Below the pieces are notes generated by a model. The model was given only the letters and a program-made list of their open reading frames with translations. It had not been told where the DNA came from and searched no databases. Below, piece after piece: positions 49,339 through 63,996 of a stretch of 64,000 bases of DNA (within the stretch, counting starts at the first letter, position 1; each line of letters begins with the position of its first letter). Made by a program: the position numbers and the translations under genes. The stretch comes from Eledone cirrhosa (lineage: Eukaryota). The stretch lies in the NCBI GenBank assembly GCA_964016885.1, contig OZ024742.1:264926001-264990000 (forward strand), read 5' to 3'.

Positions 49339-50659
49339 AAACCTCGCAAAACTATATATATATATATATAAAAGAAATAGGATTTCGCTTCAAGCATAGC
49401 TTTATACAATATGTATAAATATTTCGTATATCCAAAGAAATACGGTTTTAGGAAGCCGTAGCTATGCAAACACGGGGGGGGGGGGGCTAACGCTCTCTGG
49501 TGATGTCCAGCAGAAGCAAGGGGGCAATTCAGGCTTAACTGGCCTCGTCAGAACGGTCCCTCCCACCGCTTGCGACTGCTGGACCAGGAGACAGGCGAGA
49601 ATAAATACTTTTCTCGTCTGTGTAAAGGAGGTGATTAATCTCATTTGTATATGAAGCTGCATAAGTTGACTCAACTTATAATAATATAATACACACACAC
49701 ACACACACACGAAGCATACGTAAATTACCATTAATATTAATCTGGTTCTAATATACAGTTTGTGTATAGAGTTGAAGTGGATTCAATTCATCTCTATACA
49801 CATATACATTCAAAATCTTACTGCAGCGAGTTAACTCTAGTACTGGTAACCTACATAGATTTTTTTTCTCTTCTTTTGCTGGTTGGAGCTAGTTTCCAGT
49901 CCAGTCAGTTATTAAACAAAATGGGTACAAGGGAGATAATTCTAAATTGACTTTTCAGGTAGTTGATAACTATAACAATGTTTCCTGACTGGAATATGTG
50001 GCGTTTGTTTCGTGTTGAGATTTATCAAATACATTACTTCTTCTTTGGATACTTGACAGATCCAATAGTTTAAGTTTATATTTTCATTGTATACAGTGTA
50101 GTTTAATTGGACACAATCTGGTTTAATTTCGTGCACTAGTTACAGTTTTCGGTAGCCATTTCACTTTAATTACGATAGGAATGTTCTTCAGTAAAATTTG
50201 AACATCGTACTGCTGCATTTCCAATAAATATATGTCCCGTGTCTGATATCTGGGGAGATCAGTACACCTCGATACCATTGTAGTTTACCTCTTACACAGT
50301 TTATCATACTAGGAAGACGCTGGCTTTTCTCTCACCATCCTCCCCCCACATCCTTTATTTTAAAAACAAACAGTGTTAAATGATCACTTAATCACGTAGG
50401 TAACTTGTTTTAGAAGGACACTCCTGATATCAAGCAACAAAGGGTTATATATTTACAGAAAAAAAGGTGGAGTTGAGATTGTATGATGTTGACGTTGAAT
50501 CTTGTCCATCGTTCTTACTGGCAGTTATCCAGTACTAGAAAGTGTTTTAAATATATACATAAATAACATTACAAATGCTTAGATAACATTATAAATTCTA
50601 CGCGATTCTTTCAGAAAGATATATTCTTTTAATGTTACAATATTAAAGAAAATGTAAAG

Positions 50660-50945
50660 GAAGGGGTGAACAACCGAGCCAACACCAGAGCAAAAGACAG
50701 CAGCGAGGGGTACTGGGCAACCTCTCTAATGATTTTGAGGCAAGCTAGCACACTCGCAGCGTTGCCTCCGGTGAGGATGAGGCAATGCGCTGAGCCGCCA
50801 GTGAAGAGAGGAACCTCGCAGTCAGCGGCCCGACTCCCCCAAACGTCTCGAAAGCCACAGGCTGAAAAATGATCAGAGTATTTGAGGGTCTTACTCCGCT
50901 GGGCTGCGGAAGCTGTGGCTCTCGTCCTAACCGCCGCAGCATCTA
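50660..50945 (-). mobile_element. CRE-clade (RLE) retrotransposon 3' fragment
   Basis: KTLKYSD / FQPVAFETFGGVGP..RFL / GGNAASVLA motifs of the CRE endonuclease C-terminus. Confidence 0.6.
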
Positions 50946-51220
50946 AGAAAGTTAGACATCGTTCTAGGCATACTGTTTAGGCAATAAACAGAAGTCAGTT
51001 TGGTCGATTATATTGACTCCAGAAAAGAAATGAAGGGCATAGTCAAGTCTTACACAACTTGAACTCACAATATTGACACTGAACTAGAAAAGATATCTCA
51101 TTTAATTCTCTACTCTTCATACGACCTCTGATTTCTGAAGATCTGTAATTGTAACGATCTTAAATAAAACCACATTATCTTATTAACACGATAGGATGAT
51201 ATTCATACTTTTCTCAAAAG

Positions 51221-51545
51221 CAGTGGTTTCCAACTTTTTGTGCACCTCATCATCTCAAAAATTGTTATGCCACCACTTTGATATGACAACGGCGATAATC
51301 AGCTGCAAAGTGTAAACAAATTGGCGTATAAGTGGTGCCATATGCACAATAATTGTTTCTACTTTGAGGAAATGAGGCAGGAGTTTCCGACAGTAATGTG
51401 TACTAAAGCTGCCTGGGTGTAAAGGTAATAAGGTAAAACCCGAAGTTTGTTCTCATTAACATCATTTTCAAATTACCTCCATTCAATTTTTAAATTACCC
51501 CCCCCCCACACACGTGGGGCGTGCAGCTTATTTTGGGAATCACTG
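51221..51545. mobile_element. hAT (Charlie-like) MITE
   Basis: TIRs cagtggtttccaa / ttgggaatcactg; degenerate 8-bp TSD ctcaaaag / ctcgagag. Confidence 0.65.
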
Positions 51546-52447
51546 CTCGAGAGAATTTACAACATAAGTGATAAGTGAAGTGAGAACAAGCAGGAATCGA
51601 AATCTGGTCCTAGATGCAATTGTTTGAGATGCGAAATAAAATTTAAAAATCATTAAATATGTGAGTCAAATAGTTTTAATCACCGGCACTCTAAAGTACC
51701 GCGACATATCCCTTATTCGATCACTGACTGGTTGGCTTTAATGAAGATTATGAGAATATTTGGACACGTTTAAAATGTATCGGTGCCATTAAATTTCTTC
51801 CATATATTCTTTATTGTATTTTATAATTTTTTTCCATAAACCTTGTACCCTGGAGTTATAAAATCCCTGCTTTTCATAAGAATATATTCAACGATATGGA
51901 AATGGTAGCAGGTTCGATTCGCAAAAATTCACTACTTACTCTGGTATAAAAGAGCAAGCAAGCGCAATTAAGGGAGGTAATTCATCCAGAAAGATTTGGT
52001 TGAACATGCGAATTTATATAGGAAGACGAAAATTTATTTCAGAAAAATATCTCCATGAAACAAAACAGGCAAAAACAAAAACAAAAATATTGGTGAAACA
52101 TCATTACCTCTTTAACTTCGTTCAAACGTAACCATTAGCTTCACAACATAGCGATAACATCGTCACCAAATATACAAACAAAGCCTATACAACTAATATT
52201 GCAATTGATAAATCTCGCCTGCGAAAGGGGCAGTCATAATCCTTTCCTTTCGACAGAACCCACCCTTAACACCCTCATATCTAATTGCACGCTCATACAC
52301 ACAAGTTTTTCTTTTCCTTTCTTTTTTTTTCTTTCAACATTAATATATATATATTTTTTTTTCTCTATTTCTCTAATAACCCATATTGTATGGATAAGAT
52401 GGTGTTGAAATGTGGGCAGCTTCTTTTCATCTTCACTGAAACAATAG

Positions 52448-52692
52448 TAATAATTGCTTCTACTTTTGGCACAAGGCCAGCAATTATCCCAGTGCATTAC
52501 ATGTGCTTTATTTTATCGGCCCCATAAGGATAAAAGGAAAAGTTAACCTCGGTGCGATTTGAACTCAGACCGCAAAGGGCCGTAAGTCTATGCTGCCAAA
52601 CATGGTGTCCGACCCTCTACCAATACTGCCAATCCAATGATAATAATAATTGTTTCTACTTTTGGCACAAGGCCAACAATTATCCCAGTACA
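52448..52692 (-). mobile_element. SINE plus a partial second copy
   Basis: Matches the family consensus. Confidence 0.85.
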
Positions 52693-53199
52693 TTTCTGAA
52701 AATGTTGGCCTTTGATCTATTTCTTCAATTAATTCTCCCCAGGTAGAAGGGGTTCTTTTGAAAATAGAAGTTTTTGTCTAAAACCTAACAAAGTAATGCA
52801 AATTCAAAGATGTAAAAATAAAAACAGACAATTACACATATATTTATATCTACAATTATATTTTCAAGTCATATTTTCCCAGTTTCATTGATTGCCTATA
52901 TTGCAGTCAAGTATGGTATCTACAGTGTCAGATGAGCCTAGTAACAAATGCAGCATTTGCTACAGGGCCCTATGCTAAGTGCTTTATACTATAGAACTAT
53001 ATTGCCTTTATGTCACATTTTTTTAATTTAGGTCCTACTTGTAATATATGCTTCAGGCCCTCCACTAACCTAATCCAAAAATGGGTGTGTGTATAATTGT
53101 TTTAACATAAAGTAAACTATTTTACATATACCAGCCATGATATGCTGTTTGTGTTCAGATTCAGCAGTAAAATAGATTAAGCCAATTCAGACACATTTG

Positions 53200-53780
53200 T
53201 CTGAAGCCAAATTCTGAAGTTAGCCCTGCAGACCACTTGACAGGCTTCTCTATTTTTCCTTATCATCCTCATCTCATTCACTAACCTCCTGGCTCTCATT
53301 TCTTCCTGCATCTTTAGTTTTCCTGGTTTTCCCCTTCTACTTCCTTCCATGTCCATTTCCATTACTCCTATCAACTTGTCATTTTCATATTTTTTCAACA
53401 GGACTCTACCATCTCATTCCATTTTGCTTTACAACATTCATCACTGGCTCTATTCCCATCATCTGCTGCTATTCATTCTTTGTCTTCTGCTCTCTGAGTG
53501 ATACTCTATCATCCACAAGACCATTTTCATTTCCATTCTTTCCAGCCTTCCCTGCTATTCTATGTTCATCACTCTTATCTCTTTTCACAGATGCAGCATT
53601 CACCTTTCCTTTCAGTTTCAGTCACACTCCTCTCGTCATTAGCAGGCCTCTCACATCACAGAACAATTTCCATGCATATATCACTCTGGCTATCTAGTCC
53701 AATCCACCTCTACATTCAACATGCCTCCTAGGCCACAGAACGTTTTCGCAACATTCCCACATTTTCAACATCCTATTCAT
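53200..53780 (-). mobile_element. Highly degraded RTE-like fragment
   Basis: EMDMEGSRRGKP-like motif and tgtgaaaag..gaacatagaa similarity to RTE 3' coding region. Confidence 0.4.
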
Positions 53781-53805
53781 CTGCCACTCTCTCTCTTTCT
53801 CTCTC

Positions 53806-54023
<218 letters not shown>

Positions 54024-54630
54024 TCAATAAGATCAGAATGACATTTCTTGAAAACCGTTTGGAATCAGGAGAGAAGATATTTTTTATTATTTTTATAGGA
54101 AAAGGTCAAGTAACAATCACAGATAGAGTATCTGAAGCTTAGCTTAGTAATTCTGTCAAATCATGCATAGGTAGGTTAACTGACATCTCACCTACTAAAT
54201 GACAAAGGATCCATGTCCTGCAGGTTAGGAAGAAAAATTGTTTGATACTATGACACTAGCTATGGATTGAATTTATAATTGAGAGCTGAGAAAGAATGGT
54301 TGTATGATTAAAAGGTTATCTTCACAAACATATAGTCAAGGTTCAATGACTGAGCAATGTAGCTCTCCTGTTGTGGAAAGTATAACATATTTGCTGGGTC
54401 ATGCTATTTAGGTTGACAGTTCAATGAAGAGCTGAACTAGGCAAGAATAGGGTAATTGAACTAATAAACACTGGAAAAAGTTGGATGGCTGTATCAGCTA
54501 AACTTCAATAAATATCTGAAAATTGAAGCCCTGTCAAGATGTTTGCAGAAGAATCAAGTTTCTTACATCCCCAATCATGTATAAACTCAAATAAATGATA
54601 TCTGAAAAGTAGTAGAAAGCACAGAAAATA

Positions 54631-54783
54631 CCGTATTTCCCAGCGCCAAAGATGCACACCCTAATTTTGACAACCAAAAATTTGAAAAATAATAATTATC
54701 AACCTTCAGCCTCCAGGGCACATGGTAGATTTTTGAGACTTATTTTATGAAAAAAGTAGAGTCTTCGACTCTGGGGAATACAG
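54631..54783. mobile_element. pogo/Tigger-like MITE
   Basis: TA|ccgtatttcccag ... ctggggaatacag|TA. Confidence 0.65.
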
Positions 54784-56066
54784 TAATAGCTATTGTTTTA
54801 CATGGTATGAATCAATTCATCTTGAGTAATTTGACTATTTTCTTCTAAAAGAAAAAAAAGAAAAATGTATGACTACTACAAAAAAAAAGACAAAAAGCCA
54901 GAAAGCAATTTACATCACAGGAGTTCAGGCATTTTTGTTTGTTTGTTTGAGCAACTATAATTGGCACAAATATATTTGTTCTGACACTTGTACCACATAC
55001 ATATATACACAATCTCTCTCTCTCTATATATATATATATATCTATATATATATACATATATATATATATACATATATATATTGTGTGTATTTGTAATGCA
55101 GGTAGCTCTAGAATTGCAAGTTGAACTATCATTCCTTCCAGTTATGTTTAAAGTCATTTGGGAAAACTTTAATGAAAATGAATAACATTTTTGGCAAGCT
55201 TTCCAGGATTTTTCTTCCATACTTCATTATTTTGGCTTTGAGTGCTTGAAAATAATTTTGAGAAAGTAAAGAGACTTCTGTTGGTCTGCTGTAACAAACA
55301 GTTAAATTTGTTGTAAAAGCTACTTTTTCATGACTTTCAGTTTTGTGCTAAATAGATGGTCCTTTTGATGGATGTGATTCTAGTGAAATATATATTGCTT
55401 TGTCATCTTGCAGTAACCATTCAGTTGATTAGGTACATGATGATTTGTCAATAGAGAATGATGGATAGCAGACTTATACACACAAGCTTACACGCACACA
55501 CACACACATATAATCATCATTTAACATTTGTTTTCTTTTGTTAGCATTGGTTGGACAGTACTTAATCAGATATATCAGATGGACCAGAGTCCATCTCACT
55601 TACATATGCTCCTGCACTCTACTGAGTGAAAAATATCATGCAATCATGGCACCAGCTCTAAGGAGATCATCATGCCTTTGAAACAACTAAAAAGTACTTT
55701 CTATCCTTTGTTTGGCAGATTTTCTATAGCTGGATACCTTTCCTGTCACCAGACACATTACAGAGTGTACTGGGGGCATTTTATTATATCAACATCATTG
55801 GAAAGGATGTTGTAACCTTGATACATTGAAGAATCTTCTCAACTCTTTTTAGCACATTTTCTACAGCTGAATTTCCTTCATATCATCAACTACCTTACAA
55901 AGTGTAGTGTGTGTGTTTTATCATCGCACTAGCTACAGAGAGGTTGTCAGTCATGGACTCAACTGAAGAGACTTCTCTGGAACTGTGTGGAGAGTTAGGG
56001 AAGATGATAATAAGTATGTGTCATTTGTAAGTAACGTATATAGCCGTTGTTGACAACAGAATAATG

Positions 56067-56109
<43 letters not shown>

Positions 56110-56112
<3 letters not shown>

Positions 56113-57428
56113 GGTGCGAACGATATTTGTTCGCAAGATTACTGTCAGGAAAAAATAACACAGTAGTTTTATTTTTTAAGATTTATTTATCAAACTTGGG
56201 TCAGTTTGTCTTCATGACTTGTTCTTTCGATCTCACTCAATAAACCCGCCATTGGTTTTGATGACGGCCTCAAGGCGGCCTCGAAACTGGCTACAGGTCT
56301 TCATCACTGTCCCCCGACTTAGGCCCCTAAAGGCACTTGCGATCCTGGCCTTCAGATCGTCTTTTGTATTGCAGCTAAATCTATTGGTGTCTCGTTCCAC
56401 TGTGCCCCACACAAAGAAGTCGAGGGAGCTGCAGTCAGACGATCTGGGAGGCCAGATGTCAGGTGAAGTGTGGTCGACGAAGTTCTCTGACAGCTAGGCT
56501 TGGGTCTTTTGGCTGGTATGGCAGGGCACTGAGTCTTGCTGCCACACGTATGGCCTACCTGCAGCTACCTGGTCAATCCAGGGCTTTACTACCTCGCTCA
56601 GAACGCGGATTTAGCCATCGGTTTTCAGCTTGAGGCCCTCAGGGAAGAAGTGAGGTGGCGTGACGTCACCTTGACTGCTGATGACACCTAAGACCAATGT
56701 TGTTGCTGGAAACCTAAGACCAATGTTGTCGCTGCATGACTCTGGGCACATCTTTGGATGAGACAGCGAGCCACCTGTTGTTCTGGGAATTGATCCTCTG
56801 GTCATGGCAGAAGTTTTTCTCGTCGGAGAAAAACCACAGCCTGTCTGGCTCCAGTGGGTGTTTCAATTTGTTGATCAGCTTCTTTGCATGCTTCAGTCAC
56901 TTTTCTTGCATCGCCTTTGACAGAAAATGTCCTTTCCTCATCTTGTATGAAACGTAGCGAATGTCTTCATGTACCACCAGCCTAATGAGCTTTTCATCCA
57001 CACCTTTCTCCCTTGTAATGGCACGCATCGACTTGCTAGGTTCATTGTTGATGATATCCTGAACTTCAGCGACGAACTCGGGCGTTCTGAAGGGGTCAGA
57101 TTGTCGATCATGTGTTTTCCTCTCTGATGTTGCTTCGTAGTCGAATCCTGAATCTTCCAATTCCTTTCTGACCTTTTCCACCGTTATCCTGCTGATGTTG
57201 AGAAAGTCTGAAATTTCCTTATTTGTCCTCCCGGTGCGGATTCCAAGAAGAACTCCATGTCTCTTCCACAAATTTGGAGGTTCAAAATTATTCATAATGA
57301 ATTATTCTGAAAATAAATAATGGAAATATAGTCACTGTTTTTATGAAGACAAGAGTGACAACGGAAGTAAAAAAAGATTGCATAAAATTACCAGTTGAAA
57401 ATTGCGAACAAATATCGTCCACACCCTG
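56110..57428 (-). mobile_element. Full-length defective Tc1/mariner DD37D (maT) transposon
   Basis: ~27-bp TIRs cagggtgcgaacgatatttgttcgcaa / ttgcgaacaaatatcgtccacaccctg within (TA)n; HTH ORF 56897-57295; WFFSDEKNF; VWQQD-x37-D (SSLDFFVW); frameshifts and a stop. Confidence 0.93.
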
Positions 57429-57693
57429 TATATATATATATCCAATATATATATATATATATACATATAGATTAAAATAGGCACTCCCAAAAATTCTTAT
57501 TTAGATAAAATAAGCCATATACTCATTGTATTCTCATTAAAAACCTTCTATATACTGATTATACATTTGCTATCGAATACTTGCTAACATTATATGATTA
57601 TGCAAGCAGCGATACATAGGTGTTCCGTCTGTTACAGAAACATATGTCAATACCTAATAAATTCCTTTATAAAAGCACTTTCATTTTATATTC

Positions 57694-57851
<158 letters not shown>

Positions 57852-58085
57852 AATTTTGACACCCAATTATGTATGTAATGTTTGCAAATGTAATCATCCT
57901 ATTCAACAGCCTTTTAAAGCACTCACATTAAATTGCCACCCTTGTTAAATAGTAGCTCACATGATCATCAGGTTGAGCCACATAACTCAGCAAGTATGTC
58001 TAACTTCAACCATAGGAATGTTATAAGGAACAATTTGGAGAAGTGTCTTTTATCATTTTGTTAGATGAAAACTGTGTGAAAGCCC

Positions 58086-58163
<78 letters not shown>

Positions 58164-58166
<3 letters not shown>

Positions 58167-59632
58167 TCATCATCATCATCATCAACGTTTAACGTCCGTG
58201 TTCCACGCTTGCATGGGTTTGGACGGGGGTTTTCCCACTTGAGGCAAGAGTGATTGTCTTACTCGCATAGGACTGTCTGGCGGGTTTTCTACAGTTGGAT
58301 GCCCTTCCTAACACCAACCACATTTACAGTGTGGGTCTGGGAGGTTTTTACCGTGTTGCCTACACGGCCACATTACAGCGTGGACTGTGTGTTTTTTTGT
58401 CGTGACACCTACACGATCTCATTTGTTTCGGCCTGGATGTTGTGGCACCAACATAACTTTACATAGAACGGGGCGGTGTGGATGGGGTGGGGTGGGGGGT
58501 GTTGGTATTTTGTTAGAGATGCCTACTGACTGTAGTAGGTTTTACTATGTATTTAGGTAAGGTGGGTCTTCTCTATTACTGAGCACCGCCAAAGGTCTCG
58601 GCCCAGTGACATTGTCTTGGGGAGGTGTAAGTGTGTGAGGTCGGAGTTTATCAGCTCGTCCCAGGTTTTTCTAGGTCTGCCTATTCCGTGGCTACCGTCT
58701 ATCTTTATTGCCCTGCACTTTGTTATACAGCTATCGACTTTCATGTGCATCACGTGTCCATACCAACGTAGCCTTCTCTCGAGTAAACAACATCTGATCC
58801 CTCTTATTTCTAATTTTTTCCTTAGTTCGTTTATGCTTTGTCGTTCACGTATATTACTATTACACATCCAGCAGAGCATGCAAGCTTCGTTCCTCTCTAG
58901 TCTGCGTATATCCTCTGCACACAATGCCCAGGTCTCACTGCCATGCAACATTGCTGTTCGTATGCAGGCATCATACAACCTGCCTTTCATTTTTAGGGAG
59001 AACCCTTTAGCGGCTAATAGTGGTATAAGCTCTCTGAACTTTTTCCATCCAGTTCTGACTCTAGCTACTGTACTCCCCCACTGCTGATTTTGTCACCCAG
59101 GTAACGGAAGCTGTCCACTATTTCTATAGAGCCCTCTGCGCAGTTGAAAGAGCTAGTATTTTATGGGCACTTGCTGCTACTTATTGCACCAGAGCACCGG
59201 CCACATGTGAAATCTATGTTCTTAGTTAGCTTACCTGTGATCCCACTACATCTTTTATGCACCCATACTTTGCATTTCTGACACAAAATGGAGTTTCTAC
59301 CTACGCCTTTCCTACACACTGAGCATGGCCACTTCCCGGAAGGGACCGCCGCCTTATTTTCTTTTCTACAAACTAGAACTTTGGTCTTAGCCAGATTAAT
59401 TTTAAGGCCTTTTGATTCTAGGCCGTGCTTCCATGTTTGGAATTTCTTCTCTAGCTCGGCCATTGATTCAGCTATGAGTGTTAGGTCGTCTGCGTATAGG
59501 AGTTCCCATGGGCAGCCGGTCTTGAACTCCTCTGTTATAACCTGAAGGGCAATAATAAATAGTAGGGGGCTGAGAACAGAGCCCTGTTGGACGCCAACTT
59601 TTACACTAAACTCTTCACTATATTCGTTGTTA
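58164..59632 (-). mobile_element. 5'-truncated RTE LINE with PHD-like finger and long 3' UTR
   Basis: GVQQGSVLSPLLF, LLYADD, WPCSVC..CQKC..HKRC..CGRC, RLRWYGHV; (GAT)n tail. Confidence 0.92.
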
Positions 59633-60453
59633 ATAAAGTCTAACTTAGGTCAACGACTATTTATTTCACAATTACGGAAATAATCGATAAAACTAAATAC
59701 ATGGCGCTTTACTCCTCTAATAAAATCAGCTTCCCTCTCTCTACTCCCCTTAAAATTCGATAAAACTACATACATGCTGCAACTTTCTCTTAGATAATGA
59801 TTAAACTTACAAACTTTAAGAGAGAGAGAGTGAGAGAGAGAGAGAACGTTTGTTTTTGATATACGATTAAACTTACAAACTTCCTTTAGGAACGTCGAAG
59901 AGAGAGAGGTGAGAGGGAGAGAGAGAGAAAACGTTTGTTTTTGAGTGTGGAATGGTCAAACATTTATTTACTTCAATGACAAAGAGAAATTATTACATTT
60001 CATACGAAACAACAATTATTCAAATGCAACAGATAAATTTATTCAACAACAAAAAAATAGCGATAAATCTTTTTTAAAACCTCTCAACAAACGTGGAAGA
60101 AAGAAGTATCTCCCCCATATCACACCCCTCCCTACTGTCTTAAATTTAGAAAACACACATTAGACAAACATGCAGAACAACTCCATCGCAGCTCTGTTGT
60201 TCGGCTGGCATCGTCTACGCGCGTGTTACGCAAGTACTGTGAAACAATAAATTTCAACACTTCTTTGCACAGAGATAATATCCATAGGTGAAACTACAAT
60301 TGTCACTGCTGGTGCAGCTCCTGCTTCAGCAGTCCAGGTCTGCAATTCATTCACCCAGTGCCTGGCAGACAAAAGAGTGCTGCCATAAAATGGGTGGTGC
60401 AACCTAACTTTGGTAACTTACTGACCCCGAGCAACGCTGGGCTTTAATGCTAG
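59630..60453 (+). mobile_element. Non-autonomous Helitron; 5' end abuts the RTE
   Basis: 3' hairpin ccgagcaacgctggg followed by CTAG|T at 60450-60454. Confidence 0.65.
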
Positions 60454-60486
<33 letters not shown>

Positions 60487-60487
60487 A

Positions 60488-61572
60488 TAGAGGCATCAAG
60501 TTGATGGAACAAGTCATGAAAGTTGCTGATTAGAGACAGAAACAAGTTAGATGAGATGTTTGGATCTATGCCAGGCAGTAGTACTACCAATGCCCTCTTC
60601 CTGGTGAGACAACTATACAGGAGAGATACTGAGCTAAGAGTAAGCCATTGTATCTAGGTTTTGTTGATATGAAGTGGCCATTGACAGGGTCCTATCACTC
60701 TGAAATCTGGTGAGCACTGAGGAAGCTAGGTGTAGAAGAATGGCTTGTGAGGACCATGCAGGCCATAAGTAAAGGAGCAACCAACCAGCTGAGTGAGATT
60801 TAGCAATGCGTAGAGTGATGAATTTGAAGTACAGGTTGGGGTCTACCAGAGCCCTTAGCCCACTCCTGTTTATTATTGTCCTTCATCCCATCACTAAGGA
60901 GTTTAAAACTGGCACTCCATGGGATCTATTGTATATTGGTGACCTAGTCCTCATAGTTGAATCTGTAGTAGAGTTAGAAACAATATGTTAAGCATGGAAG
61001 AAGAAGCTAGAGTTGAAAGGCTTAAAAGTAAACTTAGCACATATGAAAGTATTAATAAATAGGAAAGAGGACAGGAGGGTGATACCATCAGGGAAGTGGC
61101 CTTGTTTGAAATGTCAGAAAGGGGTAGACAGAAATTATATAAGGTGTACACAGTGTAATCTATGGACACAAGAAATGTAATGGAATTGTGGTTCATGACA
61201 GGAAGAGCACCCTGCTGTAGAAACCATGCATAAAAGGGTCAAAAGGATCCTTCAGTTGTGTCAATGATATAACAACCTCTCTAGTGTTTGTGATCTAACG
61301 AAAAATACACACTGTAAAATGGCTGTTGATAGAAAGGGCATCCAGTTGTGTCAAAGACATGACAATCTCCCTAGTGCTGGAGTTATGATAGAATGATCTT
61401 CGTACATGCTATAAAGTGGTTGGTATTAGGAGAGGGATCCAGTCATAGAAACAAACTCAAAACAGAATATATGAGCAAGACATGGTCACCTGACAGGTTA
61501 ACCTCAATATATGCCAGTCTGTCTAACCCATGCAAGGATAGAAAATAGATGTTAAATGGTGTTGATAATGAT
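60488..61572 (+). mobile_element. Degraded RTE LINE
   Basis: RGIKLMEQVMKV, LSPLLFIIVL..EFKTGTPWDLLY, PSGKWPC; RTE tail. Confidence 0.8.
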
Positions 61573-61620
61573 ATTCATGCTGCAGATATTTAATTGAAGA
61601 TTATTTCACTTTCTCTCCAG

Positions 61621-61684
61621 TAACAGATCAACATTTACTGCAGACAGTAGCAGTGTTCCTGGACCTTCAGCTTCACAAGTACAA
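61621..61684 (+). CDS. BMAL1: Probable BMAL1 C-terminal exon: (S)NRSTFTADSSSVPGPSASQVQ
   Basis: Strong acceptor ttcactttctctccag and donor gtaagt. Phase 2 in and phase 0 out are compatible; Ser-rich with little recognisable homology. Confidence 0.7.
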
Positions 61685-62517
61685 GTAAGTTTGTTGCTTT
61701 TCTTATTAGCTTATAGTTATTTCAACAATTACCTGCTGTCATTGTTTAGTTTCCCTGATCAAGCACAGCTATGATCAAAACATTCCAGCCTTGATTATCC
61801 CATTGTTTTAAAGAAATTTATGACTCGTTGTCTAATATGTCCTTTAAGATGCTAACGTATATTTGAGGTAGACATGACTGTTATCTCTAGCAAGTCAAGC
61901 AACCATGTAGAAGCTCCCTCAGTATTTCAACTATATTGTTGTTGTTATTGTTGTTAGAACAGTGAAAGCAATATAGTATTAGGCATCAGATATGCTTTGC
62001 TTACCAACAGGATTACAGAGCAGTTGTTAATCAAACACTACAATCAAATATATTTGTTGTTTTTGTTTTTTAATGCTCATTTCATTTAATATGTTAATGC
62101 TAATTTAATTAACATAACATGTCGGATCAGAAGAATGAGCAGACCTTATAGCTCAATAAGGGTTTTCAATGCCTAAGGAGTAAGATGTTGGAAATATTTG
62201 TATGATTTATATGTTTGTTTATTTGATGTTAACTTAATAGTTAGAAGAGTAGGAGAAGTGACCATGACTTTTGCCTTAGCTTCTCTATAACTGGTGCAGT
62301 TTATATGGTTGATGTTCAGTTTAAAGGTCAATATTTGTAGGAAGATGTGGGTAGGGATGAAATACTGCAATTCTGTGAAGAGGAATGATTAAGCAACATA
62401 TTTAATGCAAGGTTTGTAGGATGAAACAATAATGATGTGAGGAGAAGGAACAAGTATTAACTGGGCTGTCGTGAAGGTGGTATGCTCCATGCTAGTTTAG
62501 AGAAACACAGGTTGTAA

Positions 62518-62738
62518 TAGTGCTTTCTGATTTAGGCACTTTACCAACAATTTTGGGATAGGGGAAAGTCAATTAAATTGACTCCAGTGCGTTACTGGTA
62601 CTTAATTTTATTGACTCCATATGGATGAAAGGCAAAGTCAACATCAGCAGGATTTGAAATCAGAATGTAAAGAGCCATACCACTATGTGCCAAAGCATAT
62701 TGTCTGATGCTCTACTGATACTGCCAATCCACTGCCAA
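62518..62738 (-). mobile_element. SINE, longer subfamily
   Basis: Matches family head, core and tail. Confidence 0.8.
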
Positions 62739-63044
62739 TCTTTGGTGTGTGTTGTAATAGTGGTAGGAAAAAATGGAAGAGAGAAAAAATATAACATATC
62801 TGTGATTGTAAGGCATTAGTTAGTGAGTCTGATGAATGGTAGGTTTCCTGAAAGATGTTCTGAAAGATGTTGACTTCAGAGTTTAGTTGTAAATGTAGTT
62901 AGTGAGACATTTATTAGGTATATATATGTGTCTATGTATTTTTGTAGACATGCATATATACATAGTGTATGTATGTGTGCTTGTTGAAACGCATGTTAGT
63001 GTGTGTGAATTATTTTAATATTTTCCCAATGTTCTCTCTTGCAG

Positions 63045-63093
63045 AATAAACATACTCGGACCAAAATGTCTATTGCAGAAACAAACAGTTCAG
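63045..63093 (+). CDS. BMAL1: Probable BMAL1 C-terminal exon: NKHTRTKMSIAETNSS
   Basis: Acceptor gttctctcttgcag and donor gtaaat. Phase 0 start fits the previous exon. Supported by splice signals only. Confidence 0.6.
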
Positions 63094-63295
63094 GTAAATA
63101 CCTAATTCTTTTTACAGTACACTCATCAATACATAAAATATGCACAAAACTATATATACTTACAAAAATATATATATACTCATTTACAATTTGTTAAAAT
63201 ATAAGTTATCGATGATTTGTCATTTAAAATTTCAGGTTTTTCTCTCTCCCTCCTCCCTCTCTCTCTATATGTATATATATTTAAAAAATCAACAA

Positions 63296-63996
63296 AGTTT
63301 CATTTACATGTATTTAGGTTTTTATTGTGTACCGACCTGTTACACACATTTTGCAGAGGAGTGGCTCAGAGTCACCCATAGCAGTTATGGAGCTGATTCC
63401 ATTATTGATATGCTCTTCAACAAACTATATTTTAAAAGTAATTTTGAAAACCAAACAATGCACTAGAAAGAAAATTAAAATTGGTAAGATAACAAAAAAA
63501 TCCTACCGTAGCAAATTTAATAATCCCAAATATTTTGATGTTTAAAAACCCATTTTCAAGGGAGTATGAGAGACTTAAAAAATCGATCGGAATTGACTTG
63601 TTTGGAAGGCAGATTGAAGTTAAATGAAATGTAAAGACGTTAAAATGTTGAATGTGTGCGTTGTGAAATGTCTGTGGAAAAGTGTTTGATATATGCATGT
63701 GTGTGCGTGAATGTAAGTGTGCTTAATGGGATGTTTGTATGTAAATTTATGTAGTGAAAGGCGTGTGCGAATATGTATATAATAAAAAGGGAAAGTATAT
63801 ATGATATATGTATGTGTGTGAGTCTAGAAATGGGCCATGGGGATATTGGAATATTTTTTGTTTCATCATAGATCAAGAGCAGATCGATAATGGAGTTATG
63901 TCCATGATTCCTATGGGTGACCCTGAGCCAATCCTCTGTGAAACAGGCATAACAGGTCAATACACAATAAAGATCTAAATACATGTAAATGAAACT
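63296..63996. mobile_element. Foldback/MITE-like element with ~120-bp diverged inverted repeats
   Basis: 63296-63418 is the approximate reverse complement of 63876-63996; may extend beyond the window edge. Confidence 0.7.
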
